A stretch of DNA of 52,402 nt from Candidatus Zambryskiibacteriota bacterium (GTDB lineage: Bacteria > Patescibacteriota > Minisyncoccia > Phycocordibacterales > Zambryskibacteraceae): assembly GCA_009691335.1 (NCBI GenBank), contig SICR01000001.1, forward strand, positions 1-52,402. The letters are read 5' to 3'. The notes under the pieces were generated by a model. That model was not told the origin of the DNA. It worked only from the letters and a program-made list of their open reading frames with translations, and made no database searches. Of the stretch, positions 9,249-16,946 are shown piece by piece (position 1 is the stretch's first letter; each line of letters opens with the position of its first letter). Position numbers and translations under genes: made by a program.

Positions 9249-9845
9249 ATGATTATCAGTTACCAAGGGGGAGAATGTTTTAAAATTTCCCAAGGAGATC
9301 TGACCTTGGCGGTCAATCCCAACAAGAAAATGAGTGCTGACATTACACTTTTCTCGACAGTCTCTACCGATGCTAGTTCCGGAACCAGTGCACTTGCCCT
9401 TGGGGCTATGGCGGACAAAGCTGGTTTCGTCATTGATGGTCCTGGTGAATATGAAATCAAGGATATATTCGTTAAAGGCTTCCTTTCTAAAGCCAGAGAT
9501 TCTATCAACACTATTTATATGATTTCGTTTGAAGGTCTCAATCTCTGCTTCCTTGGTGCTCTCGCGGATCCGCAGATTCCAGCAGAAACATTGGAGTCGC
9601 TCGAGAATATTGATATCCTCTTCGTCCCTGTCGGAGGCAAGGAAGTTCTTGATCCAGCGGTCGCTTACAAACTTGCGGTTTCCCTTGAGCCTTCTATTAT
9701 TATCCCTATGCATTACGATGGCACGACGCTGGCGCAATTTATAAAGGAAGGTGGAGAAAAGGTTGAGCCACTAGATAAGTTCGTAGTGAAGAAGAAAGAC
9801 CTAGAAGGCAAAGAAGGAGAAATCATTCTCTTGAAAGAAGAGTGA
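9249..9845 (+). CDS. Putative metal-dependent hydrolase (MBL-fold, UPF0173-like)
   Basis: 198-aa ORF with overall resemblance to short MBL-fold hydrolases. This is a weak motif-level call. Confidence 0.5.
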   Translation: MIISYQGGECFKISQGDLTLAVNPNKKMSADITLFSTVSTDASSGTSALALGAMADKAGFVIDGPGEYEIKDIFVKGFLSKARDSINTIYMISFEGLNLCFLGALADPQIPAETLESLENIDILFVPVGGKEVLDPAVAYKLAVSLEPSIIIPMHYDGTTLAQFIKEGGEKVEPLDKFVVKKKDLEGKEGEIILLKEE

Positions 9846-9871
9846 ACAATTTACAACTTTAATTGAAAATT

Positions 9872-10153
9872 ATGCGACGATACTTAGCCACACTCCACAG
9901 ACAACCAGACCGCCACAAGAAGCGATTCGCCTTACTTGTTTCAGGAGGTGTAACTGTACTTATTTTTGTCATTTGGACACTCGTCACTTTTGGTACGGGT
10001 GGGACATTGGCAGAAGACAACAATACGAAGCGTGCTCACGAGGAAGTTAGCCCTATTGATTCCTTGCGCGCTAGTGCGACCGAAGGTTTTGATGCCGCAC
10101 AAGACAGCTTCAGCCAATTAAGAGAAGGAGTGCTCAATATTCATGGCCAATAA
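9872..10153 (+). CDS. Hypothetical single-pass membrane protein
   Basis: Basic N-terminus followed by one TM helix ([20 protein letters not shown]). The ATG at 9872 is preferred over the TTG at 9863. The 3' end overlaps the gyrA start. Confidence 0.4.
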   Translation: MRRYLATLHRQPDRHKKRFALLVSGGVTVLIFVIWTLVTFGTGGTLAEDNNTKRAHEEVSPIDSLRASATEGFDAAQDSFSQLREGVLNIHGQ

Positions 10154-12638
10154 AAAAGAAGAACCAATTGTTTTCGCCGTGGGAGAAAATAGAGTTGTAG
10201 TAAGGTCTATAACGACTGAGATGAAGGAGAGCTTCATCGACTACGCTATGTCGGTTATCACTGACCGAGCCCTACCTGACGTGCGCGACGGTTTGAAGCC
10301 CGTCCATCGCCGAATTCTTTTTGCCATGCATGAGTTGGGACTTACGGCTTCCGCCAAGACTAGGAAGTCAGCTACGGTAGTTGGAGAAGTCTTGGGCAAA
10401 TATCATCCGCACGGTGACGTAGCGGTATATGATGCTATGGTGCGCTTGGCTCAGGACTTTGCCATGCGCTATCCGCTTATCGTCGGACAAGGAAACTTCG
10501 GTTCAATAGATGGGGATAATGCCGCAGCGATGCGCTATACCGAGGCCAAGATGTCCAAACTGGCGGGTGAGATGCTAAAGGATATTGAAAAAGAGACTGT
10601 GGACTTCCGCCCCAACTATGATGGGACAAAAGATGAACCCATCGTCTTGCCTTCCGTCGCTCCACAACTTTTGCTTAATGGCACCCTTGGTATTGCTGTC
10701 GGTATGGCCACCAACATCCCGCCTCACAATTTAAATGAACTTGTCGATGCCACCATAACTTTAATTCGGGACCCGGAAGCTACTACCGAGGATTTGATGT
10801 CGTTTGTAAAGGGGCCTGATTTCCCCACTGGTGGCATCATTTTTAACGAGAAGGAAATTCACCATGCTTATGCCACTGGCCGAGGTCCTGTAGTAACTCG
10901 CGGAGTAGCTGATATTTCAGAGAACAAAGCAGGGAACTTCCAGATAGTCATCACCCAGATACCGTATCGGGTAAATAAGACAGATCTCATAGAAAAGATT
11001 GCCGAACTTCATAGGGATAAGAAAATTGAGGGTATCAAGGGCATGCGTGATGAGTCCGCCAAGGACATCCGCATCGTCATTGATCTCAAACAGGGTTCCC
11101 AGCCGCAAAAGATTCTCAACTCTCTTTACAAGCACACGCAGCTTGAAGATACATTCCACTTAAACATTGTCGCTCTGGTAGATGGTGTGCCGCAGACCCT
11201 CTCGCTCAAGAGTATTCTCGAAGAATTTCTCAAGCATAGGAGGGAAGTTGTCAAGCGTAGAACGATATTTGAGCTAGCTAGAGCGGAAGAGCGTGAGCAC
11301 ATTCTTTTGGGTCTATCGAAGGCACTCGACAATATTGAGAGAGTTATCAAGCTCATCAGAGCTTCCAAAACAGTGGACGACGCCCGCACCGGGTTGATGA
11401 AAGAATTCAAATTTTCTGAAATACAGGCCAATGCCATCCTTGAAATGCGTTTGCAGAAGCTGGCTGGGCTCGAGCGAGAAAAGATAGAAAATGAGCTCAA
11501 GGAAGTCCAAGCCTTTATCAAAGAAATGCAGGAGCTCCTAGCTTCGCCGAAGAAAATTACCGGAGTGGTCAAAGATGAACTTGAACAATTAAAAGAGAAA
11601 TACGGCGATGAGCGCCGCACTAAGGTTGTGAAGGGAGCTGTTAAAAATCTTTCTATTGAGGATTTGGTTGCCGAAGAAGAGAATACCTTAGTGTTGACTT
11701 CGGGCGGATATATCAAGCGCACTAACCCAGACGAATATAAGAGGCAGAAGCGTGGTGGTGTGGGAGTGGTGGACCTTGATACTAAAGAAGAGGATTTCGT
11801 CACCAATTTCCTCACAGCTTCTACTCACGACGACCTCCTATTCTTTACTGACCGAGGTAAGGCTTACCAGATCAAGATGTATGACTTGCCAGAGGGTAAG
11901 CGTGCTACTCGCGGCAAGAGCATTATGAATTTCATCTCACTGTCAGTCGATGAGAAAGTGACTTCAATTCTCGCCATGCCGAAGCGCACTCACTTGGAAG
12001 CTCAACTTCCAAGTCCACTTGGAAGCTCAACTTCCAAGTTTTTAATTATGGTTACAGCCAAGGGTACAGCTAAGAAAGTTTCTGCCAAGAGCTTCACCGA
12101 CGTGCGCTCATCAGGCATCATCGCTATCAAGTTGGCTCCTGGTGATAGGCTTATATCAGTACAGTGTGTAGAAAAGGGTGATGATATAACAGTTGTTACT
12201 AGAGAAGGTCAGTCTATACGTTTCAAAGAAGCGGGGTTGCGCGAGATGGGACGAGGCGCCGGAGGAGTACGTGGTATAAAGCTTGGCACTGGGGACACTG
12301 TCATCGGCGCACATACTATAAAGAAAGATTGGAAGAATGCTCACCTTCTGGTTATTTCTGCCAATGGTTATGGCAAGCGCACAGAACTAGATGAATACAA
12401 GGTCCAAGGCCGAGGAGGTTCAGGCATCTTGACCTCCAAGGTGACTACCAAGACAGGCGATGTCATCTCTTCTCAAGTAGTTACCGATCAAGAAGAGGAA
12501 GTGATAGCAATTTCTAAAAAATCTCAGGTGGTCAGAGTAGACCTCAAAGAAATTCCTGTACTCGGCAGACAGACACAGGGTGTGCGCATTATGAAATTGA
12601 GAGAAGGAGATTCTTTGGCATCGCTTATATGCCTGTAA
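10143..12638 (+). CDS. gyrA: DNA gyrase subunit A
   Basis: [19 protein letters not shown] and AMRYTE (catalytic Tyr) motifs, plus C-terminal beta-pinwheel repeats. Confidence 0.95.
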   Translation: MANKKEEPIVFAVGENRVVVRSITTEMKESFIDYAMSVITDRALPDVRDGLKPVHRRILFAMHELGLTASAKTRKSATVVGEVLGKYHPHGDVAVYDAMVRLAQDFAMRYPLIVGQGNFGSIDGDNAAAMRYTEAKMSKLAGEMLKDIEKETVDFRPNYDGTKDEPIVLPSVAPQLLLNGTLGIAVGMATNIPPHNLNELVDATITLIRDPEATTEDLMSFVKGPDFPTGGIIFNEKEIHHAYATGRGPVVTRGVADISENKAGNFQIVITQIPYRVNKTDLIEKIAELHRDKKIEGIKGMRDESAKDIRIVIDLKQGSQPQKILNSLYKHTQLEDTFHLNIVALVDGVPQTLSLKSILEEFLKHRREVVKRRTIFELARAEEREHILLGLSKALDNIERVIKLIRASKTVDDARTGLMKEFKFSEIQANAILEMRLQKLAGLEREKIENELKEVQAFIKEMQELLASPKKITGVVKDELEQLKEKYGDERRTKVVKGAVKNLSIEDLVAEEENTLVLTSGGYIKRTNPDEYKRQKRGGVGVVDLDTKEEDFVTNFLTASTHDDLLFFTDRGKAYQIKMYDLPEGKRATRGKSIMNFISLSVDEKVTSILAMPKRTHLEAQLPSPLGSSTSKFLIMVTAKGTAKKVSAKSFTDVRSSGIIAIKLAPGDRLISVQCVEKGDDITVVTREGQSIRFKEAGLREMGRGAGGVRGIKLGTGDTVIGAHTIKKDWKNAHLLVISANGYGKRTELDEYKVQGRGGSGILTSKVTTKTGDVISSQVVTDQEEEVIAISKKSQVVRVDLKEIPVLGRQTQGVRIMKLREGDSLASLICL
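11992..12039. repeat. Two tandem 23-nt hairpin units inside gyrA
   Basis: The unit acttggaag-ctcaa-cttccaagt occurs at 11992-12014 and 12017-12039 (period 25). The total is 48 nt and stays in frame. Confidence 0.85.
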
Positions 12639-12742
12639 ATTCCCGCAAATATAACTTAGGAAAACGCACTATCATTTTTCTGAACTACATTTGCTCCACA
12701 TCTGGCTTTTTATAAATACTTTTTCTCTGTTACACTTATTGT

Positions 12743-14026
12743 ATGAGTAAGTTCCAATTAATCCTTCTTACTGTCTTCGGATTCTTCATCATTGTGGCGG
12801 TAATGGTCTTCGCCATTTATCGTGGTGCCGGCTCAGTTCAAGCTACGGTCACTGTTTGGGGTTCTATTGCGAACAACGATTTTGATACTTTCCTCAATAA
12901 CGCCGGATTCTCACAGGACAAGACTCTGACTATTAGCTATGTTGAGAAATCGGTGGAGTCTCTGGAAGCTGACTTTACCGAAGCTTTGGCCGCAGGCTCT
13001 GGACCGGACATCATTATCTTGTCGCAAGATAAATTCTGGAAGAATAAAAATAAGCTTATCGCCATACCTTACAGCAGTCTGGGAGAGAAAGATTTCAAAG
13101 ATACATTTGTTCAGGCTGGGGAAGTATTCCTGACCGCGGAAGGTATTTATGCCCTACCTATATCCATTGATCCAATGGTTCTGTATTACAATCGAGACCT
13201 TCTCTCTACCGCCGGTATCGCTAAACCCCTTTCTTTCTGGGATGAGATATATAAACAGACTCTAAACTTGAGCAAGCGCGATGCAGCAGGAAATTTAATC
13301 AAATCAGCGGTGGCCATGGGAGAGACAAAGAACATTGACCATTTCAAGGACATCCTCTCTCTACTATTCCTTCAGGCGGGTACTCCTATCACTGCTATTG
13401 TAGGCTCTGAGCTTAGGTCAACACTTACTGACAACTTCAACTTACCCATAAATCCAGCTGGCTCGGCCCTAGACTTCTATGCTGAGTTCGCTAATCCCAC
13501 TAAAACATATCATTCTTGGAACCGGACAATGCCAGAAGCGCAAACCAGATTTACCTCTGGTGACCTGGCGTATTACTTGGGGTTTGCGAGTGAGGTAACG
13601 GCCCTGCGTGGCAAATCCCCTACACTCAATTTCTCTGTTGCTTCAGTGCCACAGTCTCGAGTGGCAGGTAGGGCCATCACTTTTGCTCACATTGAAGGCA
13701 TGGCGATTTCGAGAGGATCCAAGAATCCGACGGCAGCGTTCCTAGCCGTTTCCAAGATTATCTTACCGGAGAATGCTTCTCTCTTGTCGCAAATACTGGG
13801 TTTGCCCCCCGTTCGGCGCGACCTTTTGGGGGTTCGTCCGACGGATTCTATATTCCCGGTATTTTATGATGCGGCGCTCCAGTCCAAAGTTTGGCTTGAC
13901 CCAGATGACGAAGGAACTGATCAAATATTTCGCGACATGATTGACACAATAACCAGTGGCCGAGCTAGGACGAGCGAGATAGTCAATAAGGCCAGTGAGA
14001 AATTAGATAATTTAATTAATAAATAG
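12743..14026 (+). CDS. Membrane-anchored extracellular solute-binding-protein-like protein
   Basis: N-terminal TM anchor followed by ~400 aa resembling family-1 (sugar-type) ABC solute-binding proteins. No permease or ATPase gene is adjacent. Confidence 0.6.
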   Translation: MSKFQLILLTVFGFFIIVAVMVFAIYRGAGSVQATVTVWGSIANNDFDTFLNNAGFSQDKTLTISYVEKSVESLEADFTEALAAGSGPDIIILSQDKFWKNKNKLIAIPYSSLGEKDFKDTFVQAGEVFLTAEGIYALPISIDPMVLYYNRDLLSTAGIAKPLSFWDEIYKQTLNLSKRDAAGNLIKSAVAMGETKNIDHFKDILSLLFLQAGTPITAIVGSELRSTLTDNFNLPINPAGSALDFYAEFANPTKTYHSWNRTMPEAQTRFTSGDLAYYLGFASEVTALRGKSPTLNFSVASVPQSRVAGRAITFAHIEGMAISRGSKNPTAAFLAVSKIILPENASLLSQILGLPPVRRDLLGVRPTDSIFPVFYDAALQSKVWLDPDDEGTDQIFRDMIDTITSGRARTSEIVNKASEKLDNLINK

Positions 14027-14030
14027 TTCG

Positions 14031-14324
14031 ATGGACCCACTTATAGTATGTAACGGTCCGGATTGCGATTTCGCCAAGCTTATTGAGTTGGCTAAGGTGC
14101 TCATCAATGATATGGTGGTACTCTCTACTTTGTTGGCTGCTATGGTATTTGCTTACGCCGGATTCTTGCTCCTTACTTCCGGTGGCAATGAAGGTGACAA
14201 GACCAAGGCCAAGGATATGTTCTTCAAAGTCCTCAAGGGCTACCTGTGGATACTGGCCGCTTGGCTTGTGGTCTATACTATAACCAGCACTCTCTTGGAC
14301 GAGGGTTACTATTTCCTCAAATGA
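14031..14324 (+). CDS. Small pilin-like two-helix membrane protein (Cys-motif type)
   Basis: N-terminal CNGPDC motif, a TM helix, a short charged loop (SGGNEGDKTKAKD), and a second TM helix. Confidence 0.6.
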   Translation: MDPLIVCNGPDCDFAKLIELAKVLINDMVVLSTLLAAMVFAYAGFLLLTSGGNEGDKTKAKDMFFKVLKGYLWILAAWLVVYTITSTLLDEGYYFLK

Positions 14325-14701
14325 AAAATAAATTTCTAGCCCCACTGCTTTCATTCCTGATTATATTCCTTCTGGGTACGACCTTGGTGAATGCACAATT
14401 CGTTGAACACAAGCCCATCCCAAATCCTTTCAAGGAGGGGGTAGGGAATTCCCTCTTCTCTCTAATGAAAGCCGTCGTTGATAAGATCGTATTGCCCATC
14501 GGCGGAGTGGTGGCGGTCCTCTCCTTTATCTACTCTGGTTTCTTGTATGTTATGGCGCAGGGGAATGAGACTAAGTTAGCGACTGCCCATAAATCACTTC
14601 TTTATACCGCTATAGGCACTGCTGTACTTCTAGGCTCATGGGTTTTGGCTAATGTGGTCTGTAATACCATCCATCAACTTGGCGGGCCGATATGCCAATA
14701 A
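14321..14701 (+). CDS. Small pilin-like two-helix membrane protein with signal peptide
   Basis: ATGA start/stop overlap with the previous gene. Signal peptide, TM helix, loop QGNETKLATAHK, TM helix. Confidence 0.6.
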   Translation: MKNKFLAPLLSFLIIFLLGTTLVNAQFVEHKPIPNPFKEGVGNSLFSLMKAVVDKIVLPIGGVVAVLSFIYSGFLYVMAQGNETKLATAHKSLLYTAIGTAVLLGSWVLANVVCNTIHQLGGPICQ

Positions 14702-14706
14702 TGAAA

Positions 14707-14764
14707 TAAAAATGAAAAAAGTTATTCTTGCCACATTGACTTTCGCTCCAGCACTTGCTTCAGC
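14707..14764 (+). repeat. 58-nt exact repeat, copy 1
   Basis: Identical to 15590-15647. It covers 5 nt upstream, the ATG and the signal-peptide codons. Confidence 0.9.
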
Positions 14765-15062
14765 CGGTCCCCAAAACTTCAGCGAGCTCATATATGAATA
14801 CTTACTGCCCATTATCGATGTTACTCTGCCGGTCTTGGTGCTGCTGGCCCTCCTCGTGTTTTTTAAAGGCCTGGTGGGTTTTATCGCCAAATCAGGTGAT
14901 GTCAAAAGCCATGATGCAGGTAAGTCTTTCATGATCTGGGGTCTCGTAGCACTCTTCGTAATGGTCTCAGTTTTCGGCATACTTAAATTTTTCTCCAATG
15001 ATCTTGGGTTCAGGAATCCCAATAATCAGGGAGGCATATTGCCACTTCTACCTGTTAGGTGA
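14712..15062 (+). CDS. Small pilin-like two-helix membrane protein with signal peptide
   Basis: MKKVILATLTFAPALASA signal peptide, TM helix, loop SGDVKSHDAGK, TM helix, Pro-rich tail. Confidence 0.6.
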   Translation: MKKVILATLTFAPALASAGPQNFSELIYEYLLPIIDVTLPVLVLLALLVFFKGLVGFIAKSGDVKSHDAGKSFMIWGLVALFVMVSVFGILKFFSNDLGFRNPNNQGGILPLLPVR

Positions 15063-15067
15063 TTATT

Positions 15068-15490
15068 ATGACCGGATTAAAGGAATTGATACAAGCTTTT
15101 GGCGGAATTATCTCTACGGGGACTGTGATATTGGCTGGAGCGGGACTTCTGATCTTTCTATGGGGTCTGGTCAAATTTATTTTCAAAATTGGTGGTAGTG
15201 AGAAGGCTGTGGAAGAGGGGAGAAACATTATGGTTTGGGGATTAATCGCTTTGTTTGTAATGACTTCTGTATGGGGAATAATACTTTTCTTTCAGAATGA
15301 GTTGAATCTTCCTGACGCTAAACGCGGTATCTTACCATCGCGTAATCCCCTGATTCAACCCGGTAACCAACCTAAACCAGGCATACTACCTACCCGTGGT
15401 AATTTCCCATGGCCTGGTAATGTCCTTCAAAGAGGAAATATTCCACTGGAACCATCAAGACCTTGGTATTACTTCGGCATCTCATTTTGA
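15068..15490 (+). CDS. Small pilin-like two-helix membrane protein with Pro/Gly-rich C-terminal tail
   Basis: AGGTGA lies 5 nt upstream of the ATG at 15068; a GTG at 15059 is an alternative start. TM helix, loop GGSEKAVEEGR, TM helix, then a GILP-repeat tail. Confidence 0.55.
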   Translation: MTGLKELIQAFGGIISTGTVILAGAGLLIFLWGLVKFIFKIGGSEKAVEEGRNIMVWGLIALFVMTSVWGIILFFQNELNLPDAKRGILPSRNPLIQPGNQPKPGILPTRGNFPWPGNVLQRGNIPLEPSRPWYYFGISF

Positions 15491-15589
15491 AGAAGGGGAT
15501 AACTCCATTGTTTTTCTTCGGCCTTGACGTATTATATGGTCATACCGTGTAGGTATTAGAAAGTTAAGAAGTTTATAAGTTAAATAAGT

Positions 15590-15647
15590 TAAAAATGAAA
15601 AAAGTTATTCTTGCCACATTGACTTTCGCTCCAGCACTTGCTTCAGC
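15590..15647 (+). repeat. 58-nt exact repeat, copy 2
   Basis: Identical to 14707-14764. Confidence 0.9.
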
Positions 15648-15933
15648 TCAACTGGGCAATGTTGAGGGTCTTCTGCGTGCAATCGGTAGACTCATTGACC
15701 TCGCTTTGCCTATTATCATCGCTCTGGGTCTTCTTTGTTTCTTCTGGGGATTGGTCAAATTTATCTTCAGTAGTGACGATGAGGCTAAGGCGGCAGGTAA
15801 GTCTCTCATGGTCTGGGGTCTCGTAGCACTCTTTGTGATGGTCTCTGTCTGGGGTCTTATCCGCTTTATCGGTGTGGCTGTTGGCGTAGGACAGGGAGAT
15901 ACGATTACTGTACCGACAGTTCCTCTTAGATAA
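15595..15933 (+). CDS. Small pilin-like two-helix membrane protein with signal peptide
   Basis: Its first 17 aa are identical to the 14712 gene. TM helix, loop SSDDEAKAAGK, TM helix. Confidence 0.6.
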   Translation: MKKVILATLTFAPALASAQLGNVEGLLRAIGRLIDLALPIIIALGLLCFFWGLVKFIFSSDDEAKAAGKSLMVWGLVALFVMVSVWGLIRFIGVAVGVGQGDTITVPTVPLR

Positions 15934-15936
15934 TTA

Positions 15937-16203
15937 ATGACTATTTCTGAGCTCCTCAGTAAGATCAGTCAGTTTATTCTGAACCCTCTTATTACGCTTG
16001 CTTTTGCTGTCGCTCTCCTTGTCTTCTTTTGGGGGATATTTCAGTTCATCAATACCCAAACAGCGGATGATAAGCGTGAGGAAGGCAAGAAGAAAATCTT
16101 ATACGGATTGATAGGAATGTTCATCATGATTTCCGCTTACGGACTCATCCGTATTATACTCGGAACATTCGGTATTACCGCTCCCCCCTACCTGAACCTC
16201 TAG
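15937..16203 (+). CDS. Small pilin-like two-helix membrane protein
   Basis: TM helix, loop TQTADDKREEGKKK, TM helix; 88 aa. Confidence 0.55.
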   Translation: MTISELLSKISQFILNPLITLAFAVALLVFFWGIFQFINTQTADDKREEGKKKILYGLIGMFIMISAYGLIRIILGTFGITAPPYLNL

Positions 16204-16213
16204 CAAGAAATTC

Positions 16214-16259
16214 TGAATAGAAAAATGGCGCCTAATCTCTAGAGAGATTGGGCGCCATT
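16214..16259 (-). terminator. Intrinsic terminator of the high-GC cassette
   Basis: 17-bp inverted repeat: aatggcgcctaatctct (16224-16240) pairs with agagattgggcgccatt (16243-16259). A T-run follows on the minus strand. Confidence 0.7.
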
Positions 16260-16278
16260 GTGTTCCGTGTGACGGTCG

Positions 16279-16626
16279 TCACTCGACGATCGTCACACGG
16301 ATGTACACGGGGTTCGAGTCGACGGCCCGGAACTGGATCTTCTGGACTCGCCCGTGATCGGTGTGCGGGACCAGGCCGGCGTTCCGGGTGACCGGGACGC
16401 CGGCCTGGGTCCGGAACTGGTAGGCCGTGTTCTGGTCTACCCGTTCCCACCGGATTTCAGAGGTACCACTCATGGGCACCCTGACATACTTTGTCCACTC
16501 TGACCCGGCGGTCACAATGAATGTCCTGCTGGCAGTCGCGACCGGTGCTGGGTGCGACAGACATCCGCCGGTGCAGTCCGGTGCGTACCGGTGCACTAGG
16601 CAGTAGACGATGATCGCCGCGAGCAC
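16279..16626 (-). CDS. Hypothetical membrane-anchored protein (high-GC cassette, distal ORF)
   Basis: Strong G/C bias at third codon positions in this frame. GTG start, N-terminal hydrophobic helix (LAAIIVYCLV), then ~95 aa predicted soluble. I recognise no family. Confidence 0.5.
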   Translation of the reverse strand: MLAAIIVYCLVHRYAPDCTGGCLSHPAPVATASRTFIVTAGSEWTKYVRVPMSGTSEIRWERVDQNTAYQFRTQAGVPVTRNAGLVPHTDHGRVQKIQFRAVDSNPVYIRVTIVE

Positions 16627-16641
16627 AAGGCTCGTGAAGAT

Positions 16642-16854
16642 CTACATCGCCCAGGCTACCCGTTGACGGTTGGCCATCCAGCAGGCGCTGAACCCACCTG
16701 GTGCGCCAGTGATCCGCCCAGCCGTCGTCCAGCTGTAGCGAACCGCAGCGACGATGCCCATTACGGCGAGTGCCGTCGGTATGAGCCACCAGCAGCCGTA
16801 GAGCACCGCGATGAGGACCGTCATAAGTATGACGGGGAGTGCGTATATGGCCAT
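16642..16854 (-). CDS. Hypothetical two-TM small membrane protein (high-GC cassette, proximal ORF)
   Basis: GAGGAGG lies 4 nt upstream of the ATG at 16854. Two hydrophobic helices and high GC3. The ORF ends in TAG, in frame with the next ORF. Confidence 0.5.
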   Translation of the reverse strand: MAIYALPVILMTVLIAVLYGCWWLIPTALAVMGIVAAVRYSWTTAGRITGAPGGFSACWMANRQRVAWAM

Positions 16855-16896
16855 GTGGCCTCCTCGTGACATTTTGGCTTAATTGCCCCCTTTGTC

Positions 16897-16925
16897 TATC
16901 CTAGCATAGGATTGGTAGAATGTCA
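16897..16925 (-). promoter_or_regulatory. Sigma-70-like promoter TTGACA-17-TAGGAT for the high-GC cassette
   Basis: Minus-strand TTGACA (16920-16925) and TAGGAT (16897-16902) with a 17-nt spacer. The promoter is flanked by direct CTAGGATAG repeats. Confidence 0.5.
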
Positions 16926-16946
16926 AGTCCTATCCTAGGTTGAAGT

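Noticed and set aside
16642-16644. TAG reassignment (alternative genetic code) as an explanation for the in-frame stop.
   Set aside because: TAG terminates well-supported native genes here: glmS at 47983, the solute-binding-like gene at 14024 and the pilin-like gene at 16201. TGA (folD) and TAA are also used as stops. A global recoding is therefore unlikely.
16232-16869. Alternative-frame ORFs in cassette 1 (16232-16450, 16457-16789 and 16663-16869).
   Set aside because: This is the same high-GC artefact. Only the frame called here shows consistent GC3 bias, an SD and hydrophobic-helix logic.
16214-16946. Both high-GC islands as chimeric assembly artefacts.
   Set aside because: Each island is short and is flanked on both sides by native low-GC sequence within one contig. 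Each also has AT-rich sigma-70-type promoter and terminator sequences at its edges. This cannot be fully excluded without read mapping, so that check is listed under the findings.
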